Source: Eledone cirrhosa (lineage: Eukaryota). Taken from it: a DNA stretch of 64,000 bases. The notes beneath the pieces were generated by a model, which was not told the DNA's origin, did no database searches, and saw only the letters and a list, made by a program, of their open reading frames with translations. Positions 61,649 through 64,000 of the stretch are shown here, one piece after another. The first letter of the stretch is position 1. Every line of letters begins with the position of its first letter. Made by a program: the position numbers and the translations under genes. The stretch spans positions 170,004,001 to 170,068,000 of the forward strand of contig OZ024742.1 of NCBI GenBank assembly GCA_964016885.1, written 5' to 3'.

Positions 61649-62094
61649 ATATTTACACTCCACACACAAGTATTGAATACTCATTCAGTTAATGTTTGAA
61701 TATTTTAAGTACTATTACTTTTTAATCACACATTTTAATATCTATCTACCTGCCTACCTACCTGCCCACCTACCTACCATGTATGTTTAGAATACGTTGA
61801 GTAGAATTTGAAAATTGAATTAGATTTCACTGTAACTTTGACTAAATGAAATAGTCTGATAATAACATGTCTGCTGATGCCCATCTTTTTTCATTCAGTG
61901 GATTTATACGCCATGTTATTATCAGACTATTTTTTATGCCTCTTATGCCCAGTTTTTCTCTCAGCTTTATATTTTGTCACTCTCGTGCGTGTGTGTGTAT
62001 GTTTTGCCTTTGTAATGTTTTGTTTGTATCAAAATATGTCAATACCATTATTGATATTTTCTGAATAAAATATAGGTCTCTAAATTTACCAAAA

Positions 62095-62287
62095 AAGGCC
62101 CAAAGCCAGCAATTTGTAGGCAAAGGCAAAGTCGATTAAATCAACCTTAATACTTGACTGATACTTTATTTTATCAGCCCTTGAGTTCTAAAAGGCAAAG
62201 GTGACTTCAATGGGATTTGAACTTAAAATGTAAAGAGCCAGAGCACATATCATTTTTTGTTCAGAGCTCTAACAATTCTGCCAATTC
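62095..62287 (-). mobile_element. Diverged family-1 SINE
   Basis: Reverse-complement core and B box. Confidence 0.7.
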
Positions 62288-64000
62288 ATAATAATGTTGA
62301 TGATGATGATGACGGCGACAATGACCATTTCTTAGTTGACCATTGGAGCCGAAAACATTTAGGACAATGCAAATAAATAAGGACAGTGGTGATTTATATA
62401 AGATGAGTAAATATTATAGAAGAGAAACAGGTAATAAAGTAACAATAAATTAACAACAGTGGAAAGCATCACTCGGGGTTAATTAAAATACCCTACAGAT
62501 TTGGGATCACACTGGGCACCAAGAACCTACAGGCACATGCTTAGAATAGACCCATTTACTCATGCCATTTTTGCTACATTCACCTACTTTTAACAAATGT
62601 TCTCTGGGAGTAGCACCTCTCTTTCCTTTCTCACTTTCCTTTCTAAGTGGAATTTGAAAAGGTCTACGAAGGCTTGGTTAAAGAAGAATGAGTCTGTCAC
62701 ATCCACCACTCAACATCTTTTATCATAGCTACCAGACAGGAGAAAACTGTCTGCTCTTCCTGGCCAAAAGAAGATGGTGGGACAATCTTTATGATGGAGT
62801 CAGCTATTAGCTGGATCTGTCTTACATGCAACAACAGCTGTTCTAAAATTCCACAAGTCATTAATGCCTGGACATTGGATGAGTACATGCTGAATGTTTT
62901 CATCTCTCTGTGCATTTCAGACATGCTTGTCTAACAGTGCTTTGGGGCCTGTAGAGTTTATTTCAAACCAGCAGTGCCTCTCTAATAGCATTGCCAGGCC
63001 GAGGATTTCTGGAAATTATTCTTAGTTTCCAAGCCAAAAGTCCTCTGGAATCAATTAGTCAGTTATCCTGGTCATTATCTAGAGTTTCTCTGAGAATACT
63101 ATTGCTCTTTCCAACCGCTAGTCCTCTTTAATATGGAATTTCTCCCAATCAAATTCGTAATAATGATTTCTAATCTAGGCACATGGCTTGTGATATATAG
63201 GGAGAGGAAATATTGACCTCAGTGGTGGGATTTGAACTAAAATCATAGGGAGCTAGAACAAATGATGCAAAGCATTTTATCTGACCCCTTAACGGCTCTG
63301 CCTACCCACTGCCCTCAATCACATTGATAATGATAATTGATAGAACTAACTGAATAAAGGTAGTTTTTATTCTGGTACTGCTCAAACATTAAATAGCTAA
63401 TACGCACCAATCTTTTTTTGTTTTGTTAAAAAGCAACATCCGTGTGTTACTTTGCCTGCCTTTTACTTTTATGAGGGAAACGTATTTTTATTTTTTCTCT
63501 AAAATGTTAGTTTTTCTATTGGCAATAACATCCTGTCAAATGTGATGTCTTTTGTGCTGAAAGAATTAACTGATCCTCTTTAGAACTAACTAGGTTCTCA
63601 ACTATGTATGGTCTTTCTTTTGGAAGCTATTAACAAACACCTGATTCTCTTGGCCTACTTTCTGACTTAATCTCAATAAAAGAAAGTCCTTCCTCCCTAT
63701 TTAGCTACTACATACAATCTATTTTGTTACCCTAATTGTTGCCTTTCTATAGAGAATTAGATTCAATCTAGATCCCGGTGACCTTATACAGCTTTAGCTG
63801 TACTTCATAAAGACTCTCTTTCTCCTTAGTTATTGTAACAAGATGATTGTGCATTCTTTTAATTTTTCACTGGCTCCAGTTGTTGGACTGTGACCATACT
63901 GGAGCACTACTTTCAAAGGTTTTTGCAATCACATTAACCCTAGTACTTATTTCAGCCTGGTACTTATTTTATAGGCGGCAAATTATTAGAATGTTGGATT

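Overview
AT-rich, repeat-dense animal genomic DNA. The SINE families, RTE LINEs and (AT)n/(CA)n/(CAT)n landscape suggest a cephalopod such as Octopus; this is an inference from pattern recognition, not a search result. I found no host protein-coding exon that I can support, so the window looks intronic or intergenic. Main contents: a young full-length Mag-type Ty3/Gypsy element (53762-58742, 5-bp TSD GTTAT, near-identical LTRs, two disabling lesions); several RTE LINE pieces, two of which carry a PHD-like C4HC3 finger inside the reverse transcriptase; two CRE-like endonuclease fragments; non-autonomous Helitrons; three families of TTAA-flanked piggyBac-like MITEs; many tRNA-derived SINEs; and several minisatellites. 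Most interesting: (1) minimal type I hammerhead-ribozyme motifs in small non-coding elements next to (AT)n tracts, namely a canonical core at 2265-2349(-), a compensatory U3-A8 core at 10071-10161(+), and a degenerate inverted pair near 61526-61648; (2) an unusual 5' region in the Gypsy element, where the LTR holds a SINE/tRNA B-box fragment between duplicated LTR tips, part of the PBS is amplified 5 times, and the LTR-PBS junction recurs twice in frame inside gag. All alignments and folds were read by eye, so the boundaries of degraded elements are approximate.
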